Below are positions 44,401 to 54,443 of a stretch of 64,000 nucleotides of DNA, one piece after another. The stretch comes from Andalucia godoyi And28 (Eukaryota > Protista > Jakobida). The notes below the pieces were generated by a model that had not been told where the DNA came from, made no database searches, and saw only the letters and a list, made by a program, of their open reading frames with translations. Where the stretch lies: NCBI GenBank assembly GCA_009859145.1, contig VRVR01000005.1, forward strand, positions 277,448 through 341,447, given 5' to 3'. Both the position numbers and the translations under genes were made by a program. The first letter of the stretch is position 1. Each line of letters starts with the position of its first letter.

Positions 44401-46457
44401 GAAAAGCGACGATACGACTTTCCGACTGACAGGTTCCCGGCAAAGATGAACGCAACAGGCTCCACGAAAAACGGACAGTCTTCTGCTTCTCCGCGGGCAT
44501 CAATTCTGTAGATTGGAATGGAAGTACTAAGGCAGCCGGAAGAAAAACTGTCGACGCACGGATCTGCAATCAGGTTCGATGGCGCAAAAAACGAAAGAGG
44601 ATCCAAGTCTTGCTGCGTTGAAGCTTCAAAAAATCGATTCGCGCTTCGCGCAAACGGCAACAGTGGGTTATTCTCACCCAGTGGCAGCGGAACATTGTCA
44701 ACAGACAGCACAAAAGAGGCAGCAGACCGTCCCTGGGTCTCTGGGCTGTACTTAATGGTGAACTCTCTGATTTCAAAAGGCGCCACGGAACCAGAGGGAG
44801 GATAAATGGAATACTCTGAAAAATCCTCAGATGTTTTCTCGCCCACACGCAGAATATCCCAATGATAGCTCATCGCCACCGGCCGATTGTTCTGAACCGA
44901 TACCGTCTGCGTGGCCAACGACTGGACATGCACCTTCGGGAAAATTAGAGGCATCCGCTGAATATCCTGGATAGATGGGGCAGTGGCTGTGCCCACGCGC
45001 ACGATGTCCAAGAAGCTGAAGCACCCACGGGCCGCTAACCCGTACTCCAAGCGCTGTGCATTATCGCTCTCGACAAACAGGGTTTCTGCCAGCGTCGCTT
45101 CGGAGGATGCAGAAAACATGAATTGGAGATCGATGGTGTCTTGTGGAAACAGTTCAAATTCCGACGGATAAACAGAGAAACTTGGATCGGAGCACTGGAG
45201 ACTGAATCTTCCCCGCGATCCACGGTTCGTAACCGTTGTCGTGTACGCCGACGACTGCCCGACAAAGCACGGACTGAACTGAATTATAGAGGGAATATCG
45301 AGATCTGGAGGATTTCGCACTGCAGAAACGTCATACACGTAGCGATCGCCGTCAATGCAGAGCGTCATGGAGTCAAACATTGGCTCCAGCGATTGTGGCT
45401 TGAATGTTAGTATGAAAGAGCAGCTCATTCCGGGTGCTACAAGGCCTGACTGATCGGGAAACCGGCCTCGAGAAAGAAGGAACGAGTCAGTTGCTGGCGG
45501 AACAATGGTGACGCGGTGGGCCACAGGAGAAACATTTCGAAGCTCAAAAACGCATTCCAGGTGATCGCCAAGATCGTAGTTTCGGAAAATGCATTCTGGC
45601 GGCGAGACACGCATAACTGACGACAAGGGCTTGACGGTCATCTGGGAGCTGGACACGGTTCCCTGTTTGAACGTAACAGTCGCCCTGGGGTTTCGAGGGT
45701 TTGTCAAGTAATTCAAAGGAGCCTCCAACTGTGCAAGCTTCTTCGATTCTTCCCTTTGTTGCAACACACCCATCTTTGACATCGCCTTTTGCGATCCTTT
45801 TGTTCCGTTCATCTCTGTTTTCTTTTTCAACAACCCCAGTTTCTCCTCGTTATTCTTGTCTGCACCAGCACCAGCACCAGCAGCACTAGGCGCCTTTTTC
45901 ACAGGAGGATTCTTCAAAATCGTCTCCGCAAGGATCTCCCGTGGTTTTGAATGCTTTTCAGTGAGGGCAGGCAAAGTGCTCCCAAGATGTTTGTCCAGCG
46001 TGGCGCTTGCGGCAAAAATCACCTTTTCATAATCTCGAGCAGCAGCAGCGTTCACCCGCGCGGCCGTTGTTTCGAAATAGGACGGCCGGATAGAAATCCC
46101 AGCAGGCTCCACTGCGTTGTACCTCTTGTATTGAATTTCTGCGACGGAATTCATAATGGAATCGGTCGAAAAGAAGTAATCTGCTTGAGACTCTTCCATA
46201 CCTCGAGCAACTTCCTCAAAAAACTCAGTGATTGTTTTCCTCTGATCCGCAAATTTGGAAACGTCCATTCTCCACGGATCTGCATCATTTGGTCCGGAAT
46301 GGGGCTCCTGGGAACCAGAATTCGGACGAGAAGAGCTCTCGTCCTCCAGAAAAGACGACCCGAAAACACCTGCCAGAGCACCTGACATCGAACCGATATT
46401 TTCTGTCTGCATTTGCGACGACGCTGGAGACTCCTCTGTCGGTTGCGGATCTGCCAT
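41496..46457 (-). CDS. DLEC1: DLEC1/CFAP81-like ciliary protein with tandem ASH/Hydin-type Ig domains
   Basis: YLTNPR, PPECIFRNYDLG...VPPATDSFLLSRGRFPDQSGLVAPGMSC and repeated beta-sandwich motifs over 1653 aa. Confidence 0.8.
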   Translation of the reverse strand: MADPQPTEESPASSQMQTENIGSMSGALAGVFGSSFLEDESSSRPNSGSQEPHSGPNDADPWRMDVSKFADQRKTITEFFEEVARGMEESQADYFFSTDSIMNSVAEIQYKRYNAVEPAGISIRPSYFETTAARVNAAAARDYEKVIFAASATLDKHLGSTLPALTEKHSKPREILAETILKNPPVKKAPSAAGAGAGADKNNEEKLGLLKKKTEMNGTKGSQKAMSKMGVLQQREESKKLAQLEAPLNYLTNPRNPRATVTFKQGTVSSSQMTVKPLSSVMRVSPPECIFRNYDLGDHLECVFELRNVSPVAHRVTIVPPATDSFLLSRGRFPDQSGLVAPGMSCSFILTFKPQSLEPMFDSMTLCIDGDRYVYDVSAVRNPPDLDIPSIIQFSPCFVGQSSAYTTTVTNRGSRGRFSLQCSDPSFSVYPSEFELFPQDTIDLQFMFSASSEATLAETLFVESDNAQRLEYGLAARGCFSFLDIVRVGTATAPSIQDIQRMPLIFPKVHVQSLATQTVSVQNNRPVAMSYHWDILRVGEKTSEDFSEYSIYPPSGSVAPFEIREFTIKYSPETQGRSAASFVLSVDNVPLPLGENNPLLPFARSANRFFEASTQQDLDPLSFFAPSNLIADPCVDSFSSGCLSTSIPIYRIDARGEAEDCPFFVEPVAFIFAGNLSVGKSYRRFSVLRNDSDVDIDYEWSIMHDPLRMKVVVSHLQGTVIAGSTARVHFDVTPLRSGKFEFEAVCAPQLAASTSILFSGTASGCFASIAEPCVDFGVVDIGSTVTAPLTITNHSDVPTHFLLNIMSESILQTIEKQEDYDEAFEIFVNEPLTRSDADVIFIPHAGVIKPRSSQIVSVFFRPSEAGVLKDEIGAFFKNRSAPITLSVHGVSEGPRALLSQTVFDLGVMHENVPASVVTEIENPGGVYAPFKWEPIESEEFVVICTPDAGILPPTGTMPIEITCIPRLKGAFDFVVPCIVDGMSKLLGIALSGVVKGLLVSISVVGKTGNDESRVSLIGDKDSADDERVDLLLDYGSSAALGCVHQRSIMIQNRSACRSRYNMYLRRYAVAQAALPMSAALLSGTKRKDTVALAGVSWAEELERVQENLPSRPSSIHGGSLSSSLQGSFRRGKEKEATKTKLLLSNAHEEDAKFKSNLGKSMLKSRQAASEENAWKQQMSNAQNGISFMIPNSGGRLEAWDSAKVDVVCVADIPGLYEDTLVVEIHGLDAVEIPISIGVCGCPLKALPKTQGLSIPDSPGMHPVLNFRPLAGASGSSKQTLRIQNDSPLVYSATFYAVESDEPSVSDEIKISIVSDGTESAGVLFSRRRPTEAHECFELEVPGQQPRGRSVQCVFQPGEVKHISVHYNTSSLGNTARGVSGRLLGIVSSLGNGHSGILQSTLRVEDFHMHLVAGKIQETIECSVDRIQMHVGVSQQNQTADASQKFFCVSNALTVPVSFSVKVTQDQRRMFELRTVKNHHASSSFTLNPRESLDLHVGFSAPYYDPAVFDENPKSFSASIEFTSSDGTVKTVPVSAIVHLPRVSIQPEAIQFGKVNRAVTLPFIVSNESRATASWFIEPDTSSSANHDRFTFSTTHSVLAARESFLHQEKVNVTFHPRQGSFHSVFNIVCENGGPTIQLSLAGQGEFSEFGDQQ

Positions 46458-46783
46458 GCGGAAGACTCGTACGAAACCTCTTTATATAATAATAAACAAT
46501 TATGATTAAAATATATATAATAATGCCATTTAAAAATGATGAGGACGAAATGAGAAAAACTCTCGAAAAATCGCAAACGAAAAACCTAGTTTTCTCAACG
46601 TTCTGAATTGCTCTGAATTTATGAGCAACTTGAGGCTGATGCTACGAGAACGTTTCTTTTCCTCGTGTGGCTTTGCTTCTCATTGGACATGCCGATTGCA
46701 ATAAAGGGTTCTCAGCTTTTCGGTCTTTCAGCACTCCTTAAAGAACACGAGAGCACGAGGACGCTGCTGCTGAAGAATATCAA

Positions 46784-49021
46784 ATGTCCAGTCGGATTCC
46801 ACAGTACGTTCAGGTTACTCGGAACTACTCTGGGTCGTCTGCAGAGCAATTGTCGGTCGTGGTCGGCGACCTGCTTGGAGTGTTGCAAGACGTAAATGAG
46901 CATTGGTGGTACTGCACCGCGGTTGATGGCAAAGCTGGCCTTGTCCCCAAAGCCTATTCAAAACCATTCGAATCCAAGTTTTCGTCTGTATGTTGTTTGG
47001 GCCTCTCTCTTTTCCACACTTTTTTTTTGGCCTTTTGATTCTTTTACTTTTCGCTTCTTGTTTGCGTCTGCAGTGCTCACTGGTGATTTTGGTTTTGGGT
47101 TTGTTTTCGTCTTCTTCTGGTTTTTTGAATTTTGCAGTCTGGAACTTCGTCTCCAAAGGCATCCACAGAGTCAGCGCCCGTCGGCTTGCCTTCTTCATCG
47201 ACCGCGGAACCGGCTTCGAAACCGGCCCATGTGGAGCAAAGATCAGCAGCCGAAAGGACCGGAGGCTTCGAGGATTCGAAGCCTGTGCAATCGCCTACCG
47301 CCGCTGGTGGTGCTTCTTCTCGACAGTCAACTGCCAATGATGCTACGGTATTGGAGAAGCAGACTCCAAGTCCCGCTGTTGTCACTTCGCAGCCGCCAAC
47401 AGGGAAGAGCAATCATGAAAGTAGCACCGAAACAGGCGCTGGCCGTCCGCGGGAAAACTCTCCAAGCAGATCACCTTTTCCTCCTGCAGGGCGCGACGAA
47501 CGGGCTGTTTCGCGAGCAGATCGCGAGTACTACATGAAGATTATCCGAGATCTCCAGGAACAGTCGATTGGTTCAAAGTCTGAAAATGAAATTTTGCAGT
47601 CTAGGATTCAGTCGCTTGAAGGAATTGTGAAGAGCGCCGAGGAAGATCGGATGCGAAGCAGAGCTTTGATACGAGAGAAAAACTCTCTGGAAGAAGAAGT
47701 GCGGTATCTTCGTCTGCAGTATGAACAATCTGAAGCTGATCGTGCGGATTTGAGGACTCGAAACGAGAACTTGGCACTTGATCTTGAGGAAGAGCGACGG
47801 GCGCGCGAAAACGACCGGCCAGAGCACTCCAAGTCTGCGGATGCAATGCGTTCGCAGGTTCACAAGTTGCAAGAGGAACTGAGGAAACTGAAGGATAAGA
47901 ATGAGGAGTTGAAGAATATAGTAGATAACCACCGGTCGGTCGAGATCGAATTGGAAAATGCACGATTTGCACTGGAGCGTATGAAGCAGGAGAACATGGA
48001 TTTGCGCAGGCAGCTCAATGATCGACAGCACTACAACGAGCCTTCTGCATCCGGTGATTCTGCGCCGGTTGCCATTTCAACACCTGCAAACCCTCCAAAC
48101 AAGGTGGAAGTGACGGCTGCATCGGGTCCCTCGTGGGGTCACGATCTCGAAGCCACGGTCATTCACCAGGCAACCTTGCTTGAAGAGGAACGCGGAAAGA
48201 ATGCTGATTTGGTCCGAGAGATCGAAGCCATTAAGAAGCAAATCATGGTGGAACGAAGCACATCGGAAGTTCTTTCGCAGGAACTCAAGGTATTCCATTT
48301 CAAGCATTCTTCGATTGTCAAGCAAATGTCTTTGAATCGGAACAGCACAAATCCTGCAGCGGAATTTAAAGAGAGAAAAGAGTACCACTCCATGGCAAAG
48401 GACGTTGAGTCTCTCGTTCTGGATGGAAAGGTGAATGTGGAGATTCTTGCGGGATTCCACATGCTGAATCGTGCCCGACTGTTTCGTGACATGTTGAAAG
48501 CGAATCTTCAAGAACTGCATGGATACTTGGATGCATTGCGCCAGGAAGGACTCACTGTGCCACACATCCACACAACGTCTGTGGACTTGTCCAAGATTGA
48601 TTCTCCAATCGTCGAACGAATCCAGTTTGTGATGCAGCTTGCAGATTCCATGGACGGGTCGTTGCATGTCGCACGAGATCATGGTGCGGAAGCTGTTGTT
48701 TTGTGGAACAAGCTGCACACGGAGTATTCGAATCGTGCGAACGTCCAGGGCGATGCTGCGGATGCGTTCCGAATACGCACTCCTCGAAAGTACGGAAGCT
48801 TTGATACTGCGAGCATCGTGTCTGGAGATTCTTCGACGAGTTCGTCTTTGAGTTCGTTTGCGCTTCCCATGCAAGGCTACTTTTCAGGCAGCTCATATCT
48901 CAAGGTCGGCGCTTTGACGTCGTTGAACATTTCGACACCAGGATCTCCTGTAGCATCAGATGCGTCCCAATCCTCTCTTCTGCGTCCTGATTCTGGAGAC
49001 AAGAAGCGGCCGTGGAAGTAG
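46784..49021 (+). CDS. SH3-domain coiled-coil protein; intron 46988-47137
   Basis: Exon 1 SH3 (NYSGSSAEQLSVVVGD...WWYC...GLVPKAY), then a phase-0 GTATGT...GCAG intron, a low-complexity linker and a long coiled coil. Confidence 0.8.
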
Positions 49022-49248
49022 TCTCTTGCCTCGCGCTTTCTCTTCTTTTTCCTTTTCCATTTTTTACTTCTTTTACTTTTCTTATCTTTTTGCCGGGGGG
49101 AGTTTTGTAAATACAGATTTTTAGGACTTCATGTTGACAAATCAGAGTACCGTACGAAAGCAAAAAAGGAAAATTATAATTTAAAAAAGAAGAAAAAAGA
49201 TTACTATCACAGATGGATCTGTGGTGTTCATATGCATGTTGCTCTCAA

Positions 49249-50149
49249 TCATTCCATGAAGAACGACGGAAAATGTCTCTTGGTGTAGGCGACAATTTCC
49301 GTGGCGTACATCACTTCACCACCGGGAACAGCTCGGGGGACAAAGTACAGGGAAGGCTCGATCATTTCCAGTTCTCCAATGACAAGCCTCCCGGTATGAT
49401 CGCGAAGCATGTCCACTCTAAGATATGCAATTTCTCTCTTTGGAGTGAATTCGTGTTCAAAATACTGGAAGACTCGCTCGGCAGAAACCCATCCGAGCTC
49501 CAATACATCGGCCACCCTTGATTGAGCCCCCGAACTCCTCCTGAACTCTCCATTCGCCCTCTTTGGGAATCTTTCGAATTGTGTGTGAGTACTTCTTTCC
49601 AAAGAAGAGACAGGACCACTCCCCCTCTCCTTTTACATTTTCCGAGAACGGCTGCTTGAAAAACCGCGTGTCGGTATTCGGGTCGATCGAATGAAGACTG
49701 TAGAAGGCATGCAGCTCTTCATCGGAATTGACAATCTGAGTATCGCGAGATCCAGCAGAAACAAATGGCTTGATCACCAATGGGTATGGAACATGTTCGT
49801 GGACGCGAAAGGAAGGCATTATCGGGATTCCCCATGATTGAACCTGAAACAAGTATTCCTTGTTTGTGTTCCAAAGCACCACTTCAACAGGATTGATCAG
49901 CAGAATTCCTCGGTTTTGGACATCGGCAAGCCACGAAACAAACTCCTCCAAGTGCTCATGATAGTCCCACATGGACCGTATAAGCACTGCAGACACGCGC
50001 TCATACCATTTTTCTTGGTTCCATAAACGCCAGTCAAACGCCTGCAGCTCAATCGACGGCTCAACCGCTTGAAAAGCCTCCACTAGCTTCTTATCATCAT
50101 AATGATAATTCGGGTACTTGTGACACGTCGAAATTCCAAGAATCGGCAT
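49249..50149 (-). CDS. Bacterial-type ATP-grasp ligase (RimK/GshB-like, DcsG-like), split by a frameshift near 49515-49517
   Basis: LIRSMWDYH, NPVEVVLWNTNKEYL, VIKPFVSAGS, WRVQEEFGG in one frame; AYLRVDM and GELEMIEPSLYF in another. Confidence 0.75.
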
Positions 50150-50526
50150 TCTCCTGCTGAATCGTACCTCCCGGGAAAGAAACAATCCAAAAGAACAAAG
50201 GGACGACGATTTAATAAACAATACAAAGGAAGTCTCGGAAATCCTTCGCAAAACCCAATAATCACAGCGCTAATCATGCTGAGATGCGGAGGGATTTGCG
50301 GACCCTTGTTTTTTAAATCATCAAGTGAAGCTAAAAGAGGACCGACGAGAGCCGTTAAGCAAAAAATGCTTCTCTATTATTTTGCGTGCTGCTTCCCCGA
50401 CTGCAACAAAAGTCACGGTTGGATGCGGTTGCTCCCGAGTCCGCACCCGACTGCAAAACAGAAAGAGAGGAGGTGAAAAAGTGAAGGCAGACAGACGCGT
50501 AGAAAAGTATAGAAAGGTGTTGCAAG

Positions 50527-50706
50527 ATGATTGGATCCTTCGATTCGCCGATTCCTGTTCGTGGAGATTACACTGTTGAAGAGTATCTTCGAGATTTGTG
50601 TGCGTACCATGAAAAAGCAATTCAGCAACATGCAGAACAATTGTGCCAGAAACTCCAGGCTGAAAAGAAGCGTCTCGTGCAAGACTATTTCCGTGCAGAT
50701 GCTTAA
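50527..50706 (+). CDS. 59-aa ORF, Survivin/Bir1 C-terminal-helix-like
   Basis: MIGSFDSPIPVRGDYTVEEYLRDLCAYHEKAIQQHAEQLCQKLQAEKKRLVQDYFRADA; it falls just below the 60-aa cutoff. Confidence 0.5.
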   Translation: MIGSFDSPIPVRGDYTVEEYLRDLCAYHEKAIQQHAEQLCQKLQAEKKRLVQDYFRADA

Positions 50707-50807
50707 CATGCTTTGTTTTGTTTTGGGTCTTCGTGCCTTATTCGTAATATACATCTCTCGTGAGCGATACTCTTTATTTTAATGAATCGTAAAGTTAAAA
50801 AAGCTAA

Positions 50808-51689
50808 TCAGAATTTGGATTGAAGAATGGCTTGGCTGATTTTGGTTTTGGTTTTGGTTTCAGCAATCGCTGCAAAAAACGAGAGAACAAGCTGCTTGTA
50901 CTCTTCCGGATGATCGCGCAGCAAACTGCAGTGGTTAGAGTCTTCAAACCTCTTGGACATCACGATGGGGCTTCTGTCCCGATGCGAACTGACCTTTTCC
51001 AGCGCTTCTTGGACCCATACTGCATCCACAAGACTGTCTCTGGTCGTATACAGATATAAAAAGACCGTGTTATGGAATGCAGGTGTAGACATTGCTTCCC
51101 AGTATTCATTGCGGGCTTTGACCTCGGAAGGCAGAAAGAGCGGACAGATAACCGACATCCACAAGAAGAACACGACACGAATGATCATGGTTGTCAAGAA
51201 GTTGAGCCCCATGGAGATGCGCATTGCCGCAATCGCACGAGAAGGAACCAGTTTTCCGGGCGATCCATCGAAAATGACTCCGGAGATGCTGATCTTCAGT
51301 TGGGGCCTCTTTTCCATAACACGGAGCATGTTGTAGTATACCATGGAACCATTGTTGGAATAAAGTGCCATGACAAAGGACGAGTCCTTATCAAACACCT
51401 GCTTGAGGATCCCCAGCAGCGTCTCGGCAACTTGCGTTCCTCTGCGATAATGGAACAGCGCAGTTGCAGTCGGAACAAGATAGACGACATCGTGGCCTTG
51501 GCCGTGGTACAATTCAATGAACTTTCGAAGCACTCGAGAAGGGCAGCCTAGAAATCCAACCAGAACCACGATAGGTTTGGAAGGATCCACTGTTTTCGAG
51601 CGACGAAAATAGATGCGTTCTTTCGCAGAGAGTGCCACGTCCTGAATGTCACCTTGGTTCAGTTCACCACTTGACAAGCCGCTCTTCAT
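50808..51689 (-). CDS. TMEM53: TMEM53/DUF829 alpha/beta-hydrolase-fold protein
   Basis: PIVVLVGFLGC, LYSNNG, VIFDGSPG, LYLYTTRDSLV, FEDSNHCSLLRDHPEEY. Confidence 0.78.
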   Translation of the reverse strand: MKSGLSSGELNQGDIQDVALSAKERIYFRRSKTVDPSKPIVVLVGFLGCPSRVLRKFIELYHGQGHDVVYLVPTATALFHYRRGTQVAETLLGILKQVFDKDSSFVMALYSNNGSMVYYNMLRVMEKRPQLKISISGVIFDGSPGKLVPSRAIAAMRISMGLNFLTTMIIRVVFFLWMSVICPLFLPSEVKARNEYWEAMSTPAFHNTVFLYLYTTRDSLVDAVWVQEALEKVSSHRDRSPIVMSKRFEDSNHCSLLRDHPEEYKQLVLSFFAAIAETKTKTKISQAILQSKF

Positions 51690-51983
51690 TCTCTCTTTCT
51701 TTATCTATCTATCTATCTATCTATCTATCTGCTTTTTTTGAGTGTCGTTTCCTGCAAGTTTTCCTTGCAAGTTCGACCAACGCGGAGTTTCGCAGTCGGA
51801 GAAAGCGGCGATATAAAGAACACCATTCGCTACAGCAGCAAGGATACAGTACTGGGGAATTGGAGTGCTGCGATACTGCGAGTCTGACGACGTCATTATG
51901 AACGCTGAAACAAAAACAAAAACAAAAAACGAGATGATTTTCTGAAACTTTACAGGGTTGTCGTTGTTTTTGCAGTCCAAACG

Positions 51984-53921
51984 CTACTTGAATGCAACAA
52001 AGTGCTCCAGTAGCTTTTGTGTCACAGTACCTGCAAACAACCACCACGGATCGTTCTCTCCTGCAGAAACCATCGAGATGCCTGGCGCCGTTCGCTTCAC
52101 AACTTCACTGCTCACTGCCTCCTTGTCTGCTGCTGCAATCTCTTTCACGGGCTGCTGTTGCTGCTCTGGACTCGACCCCGTCTTTTGGACAACAAACCGT
52201 GCTGGAGCGGACAATGGCCTCGAGCCTGCCGGTTCTACAAGAGGCGGCTTAGTCGATGATCGGGAGCCCGTTGAAGTCATTGTTCTTGGAGCTGGGTTGA
52301 TACGTTGTGGATCCGGTGGGATCGGAACGGATTCGATCCCATGAATGGTCTTGAGAGAGGGAGTCGAGACACGGCTTGCATGCGGTGCAGCTGCACTGGA
52401 AGCATTTCTGTTTGTCGATTGCATACTGATTGCACCGGCACTCATATCGTCTTTCAAATCCTCCGACTCGACCGTGGTGGACAGCACCAGCAACCGAACT
52501 TTCAGCAACACAACCGACGACGCGCCGGTGAATTTGAGCCGGAAGCCAAGTACAGGAAAGCGAGAAGAAAGAAAGAACGGCACACAAATCCGTTCAGAAT
52601 ACCGAAACGTGGTCAGGTCCACTAGGACATCTGCATCTTGGTCCGACGTGATATCACGACTGGTGGGGTGCCCACGGGCACCTGCAAAGCCATCCGTCCT
52701 CTTGTTCTTTTGCGCATGCGTTGGAGCTGCCATTTCGCGGAACTCGTGCCAAGCGACGATGTCGATGGGGATTGGAACCTTTTCCGACCGAAACTCGAAT
52801 TCAAGTGCATACTTGACAAACGCCACCATCCCGGTGTCTTGCAGCGACAATTCTCCCTGCGCAAAGATCTCGACTGGATCCAACCTTCGTCCGAATGAAA
52901 CGCAACGCGCTTCTTTTGGGCAGTCTTCGGGCTTCAACTCCATCGGTGCTGACCGGTACGGTTTGCAAAATGATATTCGAAGACCGCCAGATTCATTGGA
53001 AGCCGCACGTTCTGCTTATTCACACCGCCATTTTTTAAAAAATAAAAAAGCAAGTGGATTGTTTGTGGTTAGAAAGCAGCCGCAGCAACAACAACACGAA
53101 GACGAAGACCAACAGCCCAGTTCGCAGACGTGGAAAAGAGGAATGCGGGGAATGTAAAAAGACATACGGGCTGCTGCAGGTCCTGCTGCTTCGCTTGTCT
53201 GGAACACGAGACACTTTGAAACAAGATCAAAGCGAATGACTCCAACTTTTGCCAGCCACTTTGCACATTCCACAAGACACTTTTTCACTCGGTCGTCCAC
53301 ACAGCACGTGATGTTCCACAGTGGAAGAAGCAAGTCGACATTTGCCTGAGTGACAACCCTGTCTCGAATCATCTCCAAAAACGAGGCATTGTCCCGGATT
53401 AATCTTACCAGGAACAAAGCAGCAGACGCGGACTGTGGAACATCCAAATGACAGATCTGCAAGTATAAAATGTACCCAAAAACAATAGCAGTCGTCCGCG
53501 TATCCGTAGTAGTAGTAGTAGTAGCGGGAGTGGGATGAAATGGGAAGAATTAGAAACAGGAAAAAGGCATGCAAGGAAGCAAACATGAATAGACAAGGGG
53601 GAGGGAGAGAAGAGGGGTGGTTTAGAGCCATACATTCAGAAAAGTATCGCACAAATGAGGGTAAATACGCATGTTAACGTGGTCTGAAATTGGAATATGA
53701 TCCGCGCAGAATTCCAAGAAATTCTGGATGCGCAACAAAGATCCAGATGCCGTCGGGTCATGGGCTAGCGCAGGTCCAAGATGCATGACTGTGCTGATGC
53801 ACTGTGCATCCGAGTCTGCAGCGGCCTCTTGTTTTCGAGGAAGCAGCGCCTGTATTCCGCGAGAAGCAGTCTTAATCTGGTCTCGCCACTCGTTCGTCTG
53901 TATAATATCCGCATTCGACAT
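51984..53921 (-). CDS. Hypothetical three-exon protein (53921-53634, 53456-53168, 53011-51984)
   Basis: Three ORF pieces join in frame through GTATGG...GCAG and GTATGT...GCAG introns; no family recognised. Confidence 0.7.
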
Positions 53922-54443
53922 TCGTGCGGACCCCCGTCACGGCGAAAGAAGAAGAAAAAGCAAAGATAAATAAATTAAAAAAAATATATATAATAAATAG
54001 CAATAATAATAAAATTCACTGATGTCAATCAAGGATTCGAGATGGATTGGACCGTTTCGACTTATTGCGATATGATGAAGCAATCTGAAGCGCACGTAAA
54101 CAGAACCACTGCCACGCGCCACGTGCATGCGCATGCGTTTGTTATCTTAGCAGCTCCGTCACACGATGCCCGATTCGTTTCGCCCCATTTTGATCATGAA
54201 ATCCCTATAAACACGCCGCCGCGTTGCATTATGCATGTTGTTGGGTTGCAACATTGATTATGGGGGATCAGCGATGATTATCCTTGGTTGGTTTTTTCCC
54301 CTTTTACAGAACTTGCTGACTGTAGTCGCGCTCAGTGGCGCTCCACCGCATTAAATCGTCGTTTCGTTTTCGTGTTTTTTTTTGTCATTCGTTTTATTTA
54401 GTTAACCATTCGTTAACGACTATTTGCGGAGACGTAGGATATA

